Source of the DNA: Paramecium tetraurelia
Lineage: Eukaryota
Direction of reading: 5' to 3'
DNA: 48,839 nt
NCBI GenBank assembly: GCA_000165425.1
Contig: CT868658.1
Coordinates: 310,001-358,839 of the forward strand
Shown: piece after piece, positions 26,724 to 39,100 of the stretch
How positions within the stretch are numbered: the first letter of the stretch is position 1
Layout of the letters: the number at the start of each line of letters is the position of its first letter
Program-made: the position numbers and the translations under genes
The notes under the pieces: generated by a model
The model's input: the letters and a program-made list of their open reading frames with translations, nothing else
The model's database searches: none
What the model was told of the DNA's origin: nothing

Positions 26724-27575
26724 ATGGGTAATCTAGAACATGGTTGTCTTTCTCGATCTTAGCAAATAACCAATATTAACAATAAGGAACGGCCTTCTCA
26801 ACTTAAACGACAATACGTGTCAGAAAAAATAAGAAATTCATTTCTTTATCCAATTCCTTTAAAAGAAATATAGATCTATTCAAAAAAATTAGGAATTTCA
26901 AATTACGATCCACACAGCAAAACACTAACAAAACAAATCATTGAAGTCTCAAATCTAAACTAAAACTTGGAATTAAGCCTGTGCAGATTTCTTCTGGTAA
27001 GTTAATCATTCAATCTAAATAAAATTAGTGAAATCTTAAAGCAAAATCAAGAATTCAGATAGAGCATAAGACCAATAGAAAATGAACTCTTAAAAGAAGC
27101 AATCAGAATCATTGGAGTGGATTTCTAAAATGGATTAGTACTGTCTATAAAATTAGATAAAATCAATGTCGAAATTATTTAGCAATACCTCCTATTTTTT
27201 TTTGAATATCTGTTTTACGAGATAGCCAAAATAAACAAACTCAGCAATCATATCATTGTGGTTTATGATTTGCAGCAAGAAGCTGTAAATTAAATATTGC
27301 TTAACTTCTTGGTGAATTTAACATACAAGCATTATTTCCTAAATATTAGAAAAGTGATTCTTATAAATTTAAACATCGAAAAAGTCTCATAGGAAGCGAT
27401 TGGAATGTTGACTTCAAGCCAATATTCATATTTATTCATACCCTTAGCCAATACTGCTTATCTAGCTAGACATGTGAGAAAGTCAGAGTTATCCAATGAG
27501 TACGGAGGAGTTTATCAGAAATAAAGAAATCCCATTCCAATTACAGTAAGTGATGCTACTAAATATAAGTTATGA
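26724..27575 (+). CDS. CRAL-TRIO (Sec14-like) lipid-binding domain protein
   Basis: MGNL start; LCRFLL; IIGVDFQNGLVL; IIVVYDL; KHYFLNIRKVILIN; terminal LARHVRKSELSNEYGG; one intron; TGA at 27573. Confidence 0.82.
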
Positions 27576-28308
27576 TATATAACATGTAATATAATTTAAT
27601 GATCAATTCATAAATCAATGGATTGTTAAAATAATATAATTATATTTCCAAATAATATCTTACTCATTATTCACATAAGGTAATATTTCAAAATAAATAT
27701 AATTTTTTTAATTAAATTTTTAATTTATGTTAATTATTTATTTCTTATATTAACTTAATAAAGAGTTGATTTTTTCAATATATTATTCTCACCCTAACGA
27801 TTTTCTGTTAATATTATGATTTCATAATTAAAAAAGTTCTTAGAAAGCCAATAGTAAAGCTAATGCTAAATAAAAATTCTGAGACATGATTTTTGAAAAA
27901 TAAAATTTAACAGCCTCCTAGCCTTTGTTATCAAAAAGAGGTGTTATATTGATACTTAGCACTCCTTTAGTAGCATAACTTATGCATATTCTTGAAATAA
28001 TTATATTATAAAAAAAAAGATACTTTTGAATATACTCTTTATATTTTAGTCTAATACCAAAATGTACACTAATATTATTAGGGTTAGAGGGTCTCAATAA
28101 AATTAGATATTTTATATGTTTAATATATTTCAATTATTATGAGTATTATTGGTAATAGAAAATGGATTGATAAATAATTAATTCAGGTCCTAAATCGTCA
28201 TAGCTACTTACCTAAATGTTCAAGATATTATATTGTGTTAAGAATTAGATATTCTGAAGTTTATATGTAGAGATCATTTTATTAACAATTAATATCATAA
28301 ATAAAAAG

Positions 28309-29396
28309 ATGTACATTAGGCCTCCGGATTCAAAGCAGAAATTGGCTCAAGTTGGGATTGCCGATGATGACATCGAGCATGTGAAAAGTTAACATGTACT
28401 GAATATTTCAAGTTATTTTAGAAAGTAGAATAAAATTTAACAGTTGAAGATGCAATTAACAGAATAGATGAGATTCCTGATGAAGTGACTTTAATTCACG
28501 ACTTTAAATATAAAGATACGTGCTTAGAGAAATAAGAAGTGTCTAATTTCTATCTTCCATAAATAGGAGTACTAACCTTAGGAGGGCATATTAGGAGGAA
28601 ATGTAAAGACTCTATATGCCCAAAATGTGATTGTTAATGTCTCTGTTTCTCTTGCCGTTGCTGTGGAGAAAGCGATGGGAGCGGCAGTGGCGGTGGTGGT
28701 GGTGGTAGCTGCAGTGACTGTACTTGTGCTAAGTGTTGTAAATTTCTTCCTTGCACTTGTGGTCTTGATAAGTGTTGTTAGTGTTGCAATTGTATAAGTC
28801 CTTATGAAGCAAATCATTATTATATGATGCCTTTATATATACTAAAAAATGATAAAATCAGATTTGAACATTTTAATTATTACGCAAAACTATACATTTA
28901 TGATACTTTAGTACTTGAATTTATGTTGTCAGGCAGGAATTACGCTGATCTCGCTTTTGCTAGCTGCAAATCAAATTTCCCTCATGTATGCTTCACAAAT
29001 CCGTTGAATTAAAAAAATGAAAAAATCTATTTTGAACCTTTAGGCAATAAATGCCCAACAAACCCAAGACCTTGCTTCTATTGTTGTACATTATGTTCCT
29101 TGGCAGGCATTTGTGAACTAGAACGTAAGATAGTCGCTACTGTTGGAGAAAACGCAGAAGCAAGGATTACTGCTCGTCGAGAAAAAAAATATGCCTGGAT
29201 TTCTCAATGTGGTTGCTAAGATAGATGTTATCATTTCATTGATTACCCAGAATTTGAGATGAAATTCAAAAATTTAACAAAAATACAAAAGTTAGGTTTA
29301 ATTTTTTCAACAATCAGCTATACTATATTTGGTAGATGGGAATAGTTTTCATTTAGAGGAGTATTCAATTTTAATAAGACATATCTTGATTATTGA
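28309..29396 (+). CDS. Cys-rich protein, probable scramblase/Tubby-C-like fold, with metallothionein-like insert
   Basis: ATG 28309, one 26-nt intron, open to TGA 29394. C-terminal DYPEFEMKFKNLTKIQKLGLIFSTISY resembles the scramblase terminal strand + helix; 21 Cys in 64 aa at 28602-28793. Confidence 0.72.
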
Positions 29397-29487
29397 TTAT
29401 TGAATATTATATAAATATTTAATAGAAGGCCTCAACGTGTAGAATAAAAAAAACATAAATATTTTTAATTTATTTAAATTCTAAATC

Positions 29488-30495
29488 ATGTAGCAAGAAT
29501 ATTAGACTGAGAATAATCAGCAAAATGAGAGTTTACTTCCAGAAAATAAGATTTAGCCACCTAATACCATTTAAGTTTCACCAAAACCTTTAACTTAAGA
29601 GGAAGCCTTGGCTACATTACCAGAGATTCCAAATACCATGAATGTTGTTCACAATTTGTTCAATACATCCCCAAAATGTCAAAGTTGCGGAGGTAGATTC
29701 TATGAAGAGTCTATTATTGAAATACCAGTTTTAGGTAAGTTTAATTGGAAGTTTGATTTTGAAATACCCTGTTGTTGTTGTAAATACAACGCATTTCTTG
29801 TTGGAAAATTGGCTCAAATTTTTCCTAGACGGTATATCAGAGTAGTTCCTTAGCCAAAATAACCTGAATATCATGGTTGTAACAATTCGCATGGATTTGG
29901 AGGAACTGGCTATTTTTTAGAGAATGAATTAATCAATTTCGAATGTGGGCAATTTGGTAGACTCTATATATAAGGAGTTTTAATCTTAGAATTTGAATAA
30001 TGTGGAAAAGCTATTGAAGATATTGCACTTGCATCCGAGGGTTCAACTATGCCTTAAATGTAGGTATACTAACCAAACTATAAATATGCTAACAAAATCA
30101 CTTTTAAGGCTGAAAAAAATAATTGCCCTGAACATCCATATTCAATGGCAGGCTGTTATTCAATTTGTGATTGTAAGAAATTAATTAGAAAATTTGAAAT
30201 TTCTGGATTAAGTTAAGGTGATTGCCAAATCATAAACACAAGAACATCAAAATAAGCATGTTATAAAACTTGTGGTTGTAAGGATGTATGCTGTTGTGAT
30301 TCGTGTAGATATGCTGATTATCCAAATTATTAAATAACTTTCAACAATGTCACAAAATTAGATAAATTAGCTATCATTATGTGTTTGATGCATTTCATCA
30401 TGTACAATGAATGGGAATTTACAAGTTTCCAAGGCATATAACTTTAATCTCAACTAAAGAATGCAATGGGGTTAACATGTTGTTCTATTTTTTGA
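29488..30495 (+). CDS. Tandem paralog of upstream Cys-rich scramblase-like gene, intronless, C-terminal CaaX
   Basis: 335-aa ORF; shares LT.EEA...EIP, LYI...L.LEF...G...D.A.AS, N.CP..P and DYP...F.N.TK..KL.I motifs with 28309-29396; contains CCCC; ends TCCSIF-TGA. Confidence 0.78.
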
Positions 30496-30661
30496 TAATT
30501 AAGATCAAAATATCTTAAAATATTTATTAAATTAAATTATTTTTCTTCTGTACCAAAAGGTGACTAATTAATTTTACTTGTAGTTGTTTTTTAAATGGAA
30601 CAAACAAGGGTTTTGAAATATATAATATTTATTAAAAATTGATATTTTATTTATATAATTA

Positions 30662-32271
30662 ATGATTTATCCAAAAAATAAACTATAATCAGCAGGGCAA
30701 GCGACATTGTCTCGTAAAAACTACACTTCGGAATAAAGGGAAGAAATTAAAAGATAAATAGCTGATAGATTATCTAAGAAGTATGGTTTGGATTTGACAG
30801 AATAAATACATGCAAAAGTGAATAGCTATCTTAATCAAAATTAAACTATAACTGCCGAAGGGTATTTGAGTTTATTAAACTTATAGGATCTAAAATTTAG
30901 AATAAGAAATAAGTCGCTAAAAGGCATTGCCACAATTACAATAGTAGTAATCTTCAAATCAAGTTAAGTAAAAAGATGAAGATGATTAAAAATCAGTTGT
31001 TTCAAAAATGTCAGGAGCTTCCAATTTTGATATGGTTGATTAATACACACATAAAACTGAAAAAAACACAGAGGAAAAGAAGAGCTAGAAAATGACTGGC
31101 TTGCATACCAAGAAAATTGAGAATGACTTGGCATTTCTTAATGAAGAAAATTAATGGGGTGCAATATACAAATACAATAAATATCTCTATGATAAGGAAA
31201 CTGATATTAAAAAACAAAGAGAAGTAGAAAGAAAGAAAAAGATTAAAGAAGAATTGGATAAATAAGTTGTTGAAAAATAGTCTAAAAAAAGCGTGAGCAA
31301 AAGGGAAGAAAATGCATTCTATGAAAATTAGTTGTATCAATGCACATTATATTTGATTAAAAAGAATAAGAAAAAATTGATAGAGTATGTCTTTTCTCAA
31401 TTATTAGGCTAAACAAATTAAAATGATTGAGAAATAAGCCAGAGATTAGCAAGTCAAGGAAATTAAGAAGAATAGAAGAAATGAAGAGAAATAAGAAAAG
31501 GCTTTAGATAGCTATATGATATAAAAAGTAAGGGAAGAATTAGATGACGAATAAAAATTCCTATAATTCAAAAAAGAACATCAATATTAGGTTATGTAAA
31601 AGTTGATGGCTGAAAATGAAGAAAAGAAAAAACTGTAAGAGAAGGAAAAGGAAGATGAAAGACAAGAGAATATCAGATTAATGGATGCATATTGCAAATT
31701 ACTAGATAAATAAGAAGAAGAAAGGTAGAAAGCTATGAAGGAAAGAGATGAAAAAATTAAACAATATTAAGAGAAGGCTATGGAAATGTAAGAAAAAGAA
31801 CTGGAAAGTAAAACAGATATCTATTTCGTTAGAAAAAATTGGATAATTAGAAAAAAGAGCAGATAAATATGAACAAAGAAAGGAGAGAAGACTATAAGAA
31901 TTAGAAAAGGAAGCCGAAAGAAAGAAGTGGGAAACCAAATTAAAAACAAGAGAGTACTTGAATAAATAAATGGAAGAAAAAGAAGTATAAAAACAAAGAG
32001 AAAAATTGAAGGATCAAGAATAAGTAAAAAAATTGTTAAAACTTAGGCTACCTTGTGGAAGGAAGATACTACTAATTATTTTTAATTTGAAAAAGATAGA
32101 GATATTGAAAAAAAGAAAATCTATAAGGAATATTAGGATACATTACTTGACCAAATGAAAGAAAAATCTTAAGCCAAAAAAGGAATAATTGACGAAATGC
32201 TTAAACATGAATAAATGTTAAGTAAGAACACGTTGTCAGAATTAGATCAAATGAGACAAACAGTTCAATGA
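30662..32271 (+). CDS. Long coiled-coil protein (trichoplein/TPH-like, ciliate family)
   Basis: MIYPKNKL...; NQWGAIYKYNKYLYDKE...KIKEELDKQV; E/K/Q/R-rich heptads; three tiny introns; TGA at 32269. Confidence 0.75.
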
Positions 32272-33112
32272 TTTATTTCATATATAATATTAAATTTAGC
32301 TAAAATCACCTTTGTTAGATTATTTTCACTAGTATAAAATGTTTAATTTATATAAAATAGAGAGTCCTTTCTCCTGGTCATTTATTCGAACAACAATAAT
32401 CATTTATCATGTAAAATCAATTTTGGAAAATAAAAAATACTTAAAGGATTAGTTTAATTTATAAATATGATATTTTATCAATTAAATAAAATACGAATAG
32501 GAAGAATTATTTAAAGAAAGTTGATCCCGCTTCATCTCTTATATAACTTTTAGAATCCTTTCAGATAATTTAGCGATAAAAAATAGAAAAATTTGTTAAA
32601 TAATATCGCCATTTTTAATTGATCATAATTTACTATGATAAATTGCAAGTTTTAATTAAATATCATTTACATCATATAGAAATACTCTTAATTATAAACT
32701 AGCATTTAGATATATATATTTTAAATTGTGAATACAAAAATAAAATTAAGATAAATTAAATGTTAAAAAGAAGTTATTATTTCAATTACTAAAAAATATG
32801 GGATTGCCATCTATTTTTAAATTAATAGTTGATCAAACTAAAATTAATTAGTGTCGTAATACTGTATTTAAATTATCCAAATATCTCATCAAGGTACATT
32901 GATATCGAACAACGAAATTATTTTATACACATTATCGCTGATGTTTAACTCTAACTAATTATACTTAAGAATAAATTATCAAATTTAAATTACACAATCT
33001 CTGAATAAATGTAATTACTTTCATATTTTTAAAAGAGTCATTTTTATAATTTATATATTAATTTGATTTTATAGAATTATTATCATAATGATTTATTTTA
33101 CAATTTCTAAGA

Positions 33113-36100
33113 TCATATAACAGTATATTCTAAGAATATTTCTGACAATTTGTTATGCTAAATAAAGAAGTAAAAAAATCTATTTATCGGGTTGAACTCA
33201 TCTTCTTTCATTAGAGTTACTATATATCTAAATAGAACTATTCTGCAATAAATGACTAGGATATCTACTATAGCATAACTCAGTATGATCGAACAACCCA
33301 GAACAATTGACATTTTTAAATTAAAATTTTGATGGCATTAACCCCTAAAATATTTATCATGCTTACTTTAGAAGAGATAAATAGATAGATAATACATATG
33401 ACAAAAGATGAATTAAAAAGAATATACTAATTATAATAGTCCTAGAAATTCCTTGAAATCTATAAATGGATTCAAATATCTTAAAAATTGTTCTTAATAA
33501 AAGTAGTAAAATGTAGTTAATTATAAAAAGAGGAATAAATGTTACTATTTCGATAAAAAAAGTTTCAAAATATGATAACGGAATTAAAATAGTTAAAAAT
33601 ACAGATAGTTTTAAGAATCTGTAGCTTTTTGGGATAATTCGATCTTCAAAGTAAAATAAACAAATTATTTCATGAATAAACTATTCATAATTTATAAAAT
33701 ATTACTTTAAAAGAAAATTTAAAGATTTCTAAGTTTCCAGGAGAACACTTAAGTTGATCATATTTTTATTTTTATTCATCAGAGGCTTTAGGAGATCTTT
33801 CAGTAAAAATGTTTTAAGCATCTTTATTCTGAGGGATCTCAAATTTTTACAATTCATAATATATGAAGAGAGTAAAAACGATATAAATACCATGAAACAA
33901 CAGGAATGGCTAATTATTTATATTACAATTAGTATCATCTGCTTAAATACTGTTCAATATTTATACTATTTCTAATTCATCTGAGGATGAATTTTTGTAT
34001 TTAGTCATAAAAATAATTCCGAGCTAAGAACATTAGCAAGATACCTGAACAGTTTTATTATTAATTTCGGTTGTTTATAGCTAACATTATTATAATGTTT
34101 CGCTGCTGTCATACTAAAAACATTGAAAATTATAAGCAGGAAGCAAGACGTCCACACAATAAGAGTATTAAGCAACATCTATGAGATAATTTATTTTTAA
34201 TTTTTCGTAATCTCTATATTAATTTTTGTAAAGGTAATTTCGTAATTTTGTGATTGTGTAAAAACTCTAATCTATTTCAGATGAAGACTTATTCAGAACT
34301 GTTTTTATATCTTATACATGTTTTTCAGAGACATTTAAGTAATTAAAATAAATATCCATTTATTCTTTTTGAACATAGACAATGAGACCATCCATGATAT
34401 CTTTATCTAAACCTTCTTATTGATTAAAAACATCTTTTGTGACCTTTGCTGATTGATACTTCAAAATCTATCCATTTAAAACGAAATCTTGGCCATTGAC
34501 TGGAACTTAAGTATTTGTAAACTCCAACATTTCTTCAATAAGTGCAATTAAATCTTTTGATAACTAAAAAATTTATTCTTTGTCTTCCTTTTAACTAAAT
34601 GCTGTTTAAGAAATTTTCAAAAATAAATCATCAACAAATAGAATAATAGCTACTAATGAATTTGAAATCTATTGTTTTGATTGAAATAGTTGTTCATTCA
34701 AAAATATATCATTCTATTTGATCTCATCATCTAAGTTTGTTCCTTTCGATAGAATTTTTGATGCAGAGTTTTTTAATTATTAAAATTCTAGCACAAAATT
34801 GAATATATCTGTAGAGGAATACTTTTGAGTTTTATTATTGTTAATTAAGAATAATTAACTCATATTATCGTAACAACTCTCTTAATTAATTTCAGCTAAT
34901 ACTCTTGCTGATAAATTCGAATTACTCAAATTTACTTTAAATCTTTTGTATAATTTGATTGTCTAAAGGGCCAATAATTATTCAAATAAATCATCTGAAT
35001 CTATTTTGCCCTTAATACTATTGACTAATTATTCTTAAAATTAAACGCAACCTTCTTTATCATAATGATTCATTATCACTTCTAATAACATGATTACTTA
35101 TTTTTTATAAGTGAAATTGCTCTACAAAAATTCAGTACAATTAAGTTCAATCTTTTATACATCCAAATGTTCTTCAATATTTGTAATTGATCCTCTTGAA
35201 TCCATTATTTAAACCAGAGCAACTCCTTTACTATAAGGTAACAAGGCTTCAAAATAATTAAATCTTTAGAAACCATTAAGAATCAAAGAATAGTCCGATA
35301 ATTTGTTTTAAAACTCCTAATAGTCCTATTCATTCAAAAAATATCTCAATTAGTATGTAAATGGGTAATCCTCAGAAAATTAACAATTAGCCACAATTTT
35401 TTATGATTACAGAGCTTAGACTCTTTAGGATTTTAAATAAATGATACAAATAGGCGGTTGATTCAATGTCATTTTTATTTATTATTAACTAGGAATTATA
35501 TTGTTTGTGAATTGAGCAAAAAACTTTAAATAAAATTAGTTTCCTTTGTTAAATTCTTGATACTGATCATACAATCTTAATTTATATTGAAAATACAGAG
35601 GTTCTAGTATCTTTACTAATTCATAATCATAAATGATAGCAACCTAATATTACAACAATTAATATCTATCCTCGAAAGGGATATTAAACTAAAACTGCAA
35701 TGTCTCATAATTATTTATTGGCCTCATTATGTAACCCTTACTGTAATCAACATCAAGGATTGAAAAATCATCTTCTAAGAAAACGATATTTTAAGAGAAT
35801 TTATATGTTCTATCTGATTTTGATGCTATAACTGTCCAAACCCAGATAGTAAATGGTAATACATTCATTTTCTTTATGTATTGAGTTGAATCTGTTTTGT
35901 TAATTTTGACTACTTTTTTATTTATATCCATGCAAACAGTGCCTTGTGTTAAATCTGTGCAGCTAACTTCGATTGCAATATCTGGGTCTTCATTCCAATC
36001 ATACTAATAATCGAGATCTATGCATTAGATATTTACTTTTAAGTCTTTCCTATAATTTTGAATATCTTTGGTTCCATTAAACTAACACAAAAGCCCTCCT

Positions 36101-39100
36101 TAAAGTATTTCTATTATAATATTTTGAGAATTCGAAAAATTAGTTTTAGATTCATTTGTTTGCATTTAAAATGTATAAGCAGTTAAAGGAGTTAATTTGT
36201 ACTTTTCTATTGTCACATGATAATAATTTTCATTAATTATTTAAGAAAAATTGACATTTGATGACCTAGACATAGAATCATTTCTTAATATTTCTACTAT
36301 TGAAACAGAGTATTTGGAGTTATCTACAGAACTATCATTTTATAAATCAGTTTAGCTAGAACAATTCTTTTTCTAGATACTAAATTGCAAATTTATTGTT
36401 TCAAAAGTAAAATATTTTTTCTGTCCCAACCAAAGCACTGTTGGATAATTTCCATTATGAGTTTGAACTTAAAATTGATACTTTCCCTTCTGACCAATAA
36501 AATTCTAAAATTCAAGAAAAAATGTTATTTTCGAAAGTTTCGGTAGAGTTTATATTGGAATCATTAGGTCTAGTTGTTGAAAAGTAGTTTGATATAAGAC
36601 AAATTCTTTCAGATTGCCATTTCCATTTTGCCCTTCTAATAAATAAGTCCATGTTATGCTGTTAAAAGCTCGAAAGCCATCCTAACTTTTCGACTTAATC
36701 AAAATAGTATTATCATCGCATGGATTAAGTAAATATTAAGGTAGATCATATTGAATTTCAGGTTATAATAGATTGATAGGATATTTGACGTGATTAAAAA
36801 TAAATGTATTTAATTTTTTTTGGCAATTTTTATGGCTGAATGAATTATTCTTAAATAGAATAAAATTTTCTGGAAGTATGGCTGCATTATCACCTAATTT
36901 CAGTATTAATTATTTATTATTTTTTTCATCTATTACACATTGAGGGTTATTTCCTAATTACTTAATTGTTTCAGCAGCCAAAAATTTAAAGCAAATATTA
37001 TCTTTAAATTAAGACTAAAAATAATTTAAATTTAAAGGGAAATCAAATAAGACTTTGATTGATAGCAAATCATCAGAAAGTCTAATATCTAAAACAGCAA
37101 CCTCGCAACCTATAAGTATAATGATATGTTAATATACTTGAGCACCATGGAGTACCTTCATGACTAATTGAGTTCAAAGGGCAATTGCAAGTCTTGTCTT
37201 CTGATAATATTCTATTTCCATTGCATCCTAAACATCCTACTTAATCACAAGTTTTGCAATTTAAGTCACACTCTTTACACTTGGTACTATGATTATCATC
37301 ATAAAGTCCCTCTTTACAGTTACACTCTGGATAATTAATACGATCTCCTCTACATGTCAAACAATGGGATTGGCTGCCTTAACATGTGAGACACTTAAAA
37401 TCACATTCTAACAATATAATTCTTAATATTATTACAAAGACAATTAGGCTACCCAGCCTCAAAATACCCATCTTAACAATCACATGCCTTGTTAAATCTG
37501 CTTCCTTTACAACTTGTACAATTTGATGATTTAATTTCACAAGTATTACATTTATTGTCACATGCTAAGAAATTAATAACACTATAATTACGTTCACAAG
37601 TGAATTATTCATTTTCAAAATACCCAGCTTTGCAATTACAAAGAGGAGGATTTTCTCTCAAATTAGTCAAACATAGTAAACAATTTGACGGTTTTTATTA
37701 GCAAGTCTTACATTAGTAATAGCATTTTTAACATTAGAGTTAGACTCCATCATCATAATACCCATCTTTACAATCACAATTTTATGATATTGACAATCGA
37801 TTGGATGTATTTGATGGTTTGCAACTTATGCATTTATCCATTTTTAAAGTACATCCAGAACATTTAATATGACATTCTAATGGTTAAATATGAAGTTACT
37901 TTGACATGTTTCGTTTTAATCTTAAAAGAAATTGGATAAACAAGGACACTTGTGAATTACAGATTAATCAATCCTATTCTAATTGACATCGCAACTTGTG
38001 CAGTAATTATTCTTCCCTTAACATGTTAAGCAAGTATTCGAGCATTCTAATATAGGAAATGCCATTACTTTCACAAATGAGTTATCCATTATCAAAATAC
38101 CCGGGCTTACATATGCATTAATTGGTAGTTAATATTCTAAGTTATTCAGATTCAAAACACGATAAACATTTTGTTGAATTTGATTAACAGGTTTTGCATA
38201 AGCTGTTGCATTTCTGACACATTTCAATTCCAACATCAAAGTAACCATCTTGACATAGACATTAATCGATATTTTTCAGATTTCTAAAATATATAGATTG
38301 ACATGTTAAACATTTGGTTGATTAATTTGCACATGTTTTACAAGAGAAATCACATTCTTTTATATAAATTAATTTTACATTAACACATTTTCTAATTGGC
38401 TTCGTAGAATCCATCTTTACAAGGACATTTCAATGTATCTGTATCATAATATCTAGTTATAGGTTCACATTCTAAGCATTAAGTTGCACTTAAACATTCT
38501 TTACATGTTTTGTTGCAAGCTATTGATATTTAAGTATTTTTTACCTTCGCATTTCAATGTCAAAGTATTAAAATAATAACTAGGCATACATATGCATTTA
38601 TTCTAATTAGTAATCTATAAATTAAGCATAGAATCGCATGTCAAGCAAAATTAAGAATTCCCTTGACAAGTAAGACAAGATAAATCACATTTTACACACT
38701 ACTATAAAGGATCTTCAAAATAGCCATCCTTGCAAACACATATATTTCCAGTTTTAATGATTCTAAAATTATCTGCTGAGCAAGAGAGACAATAGTTATC
38801 TTAAGTGATACATGTCAAGCATGTTTGATTACAAAGCAAACATTACTTATTGGTCCCAGTTTCATATGTGCCATCTATGCATTAACATTTATTATTTTTT
38901 AATGCTCTCAATAATCCACATGATGTGCAAAATGTAGGTGAACTTACACAGGTTTTACAAGTAATATCGCACTTTTAGCAAATTCCATTTATTTCAGTTG
39001 AACCAGTTTCACATACACATTTATGGGTTTGACTATCTAAAATTTTCGATTATGTTGAATCACATTCAGTACAAGTTATTGAATTATGGATACAATTTAT

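Noticed and set aside
33060..33700. Apparent plus-strand pseudogene/ORF
   Set aside because: It is the antisense of the terminal TM exons of the large REJ/GPS gene.
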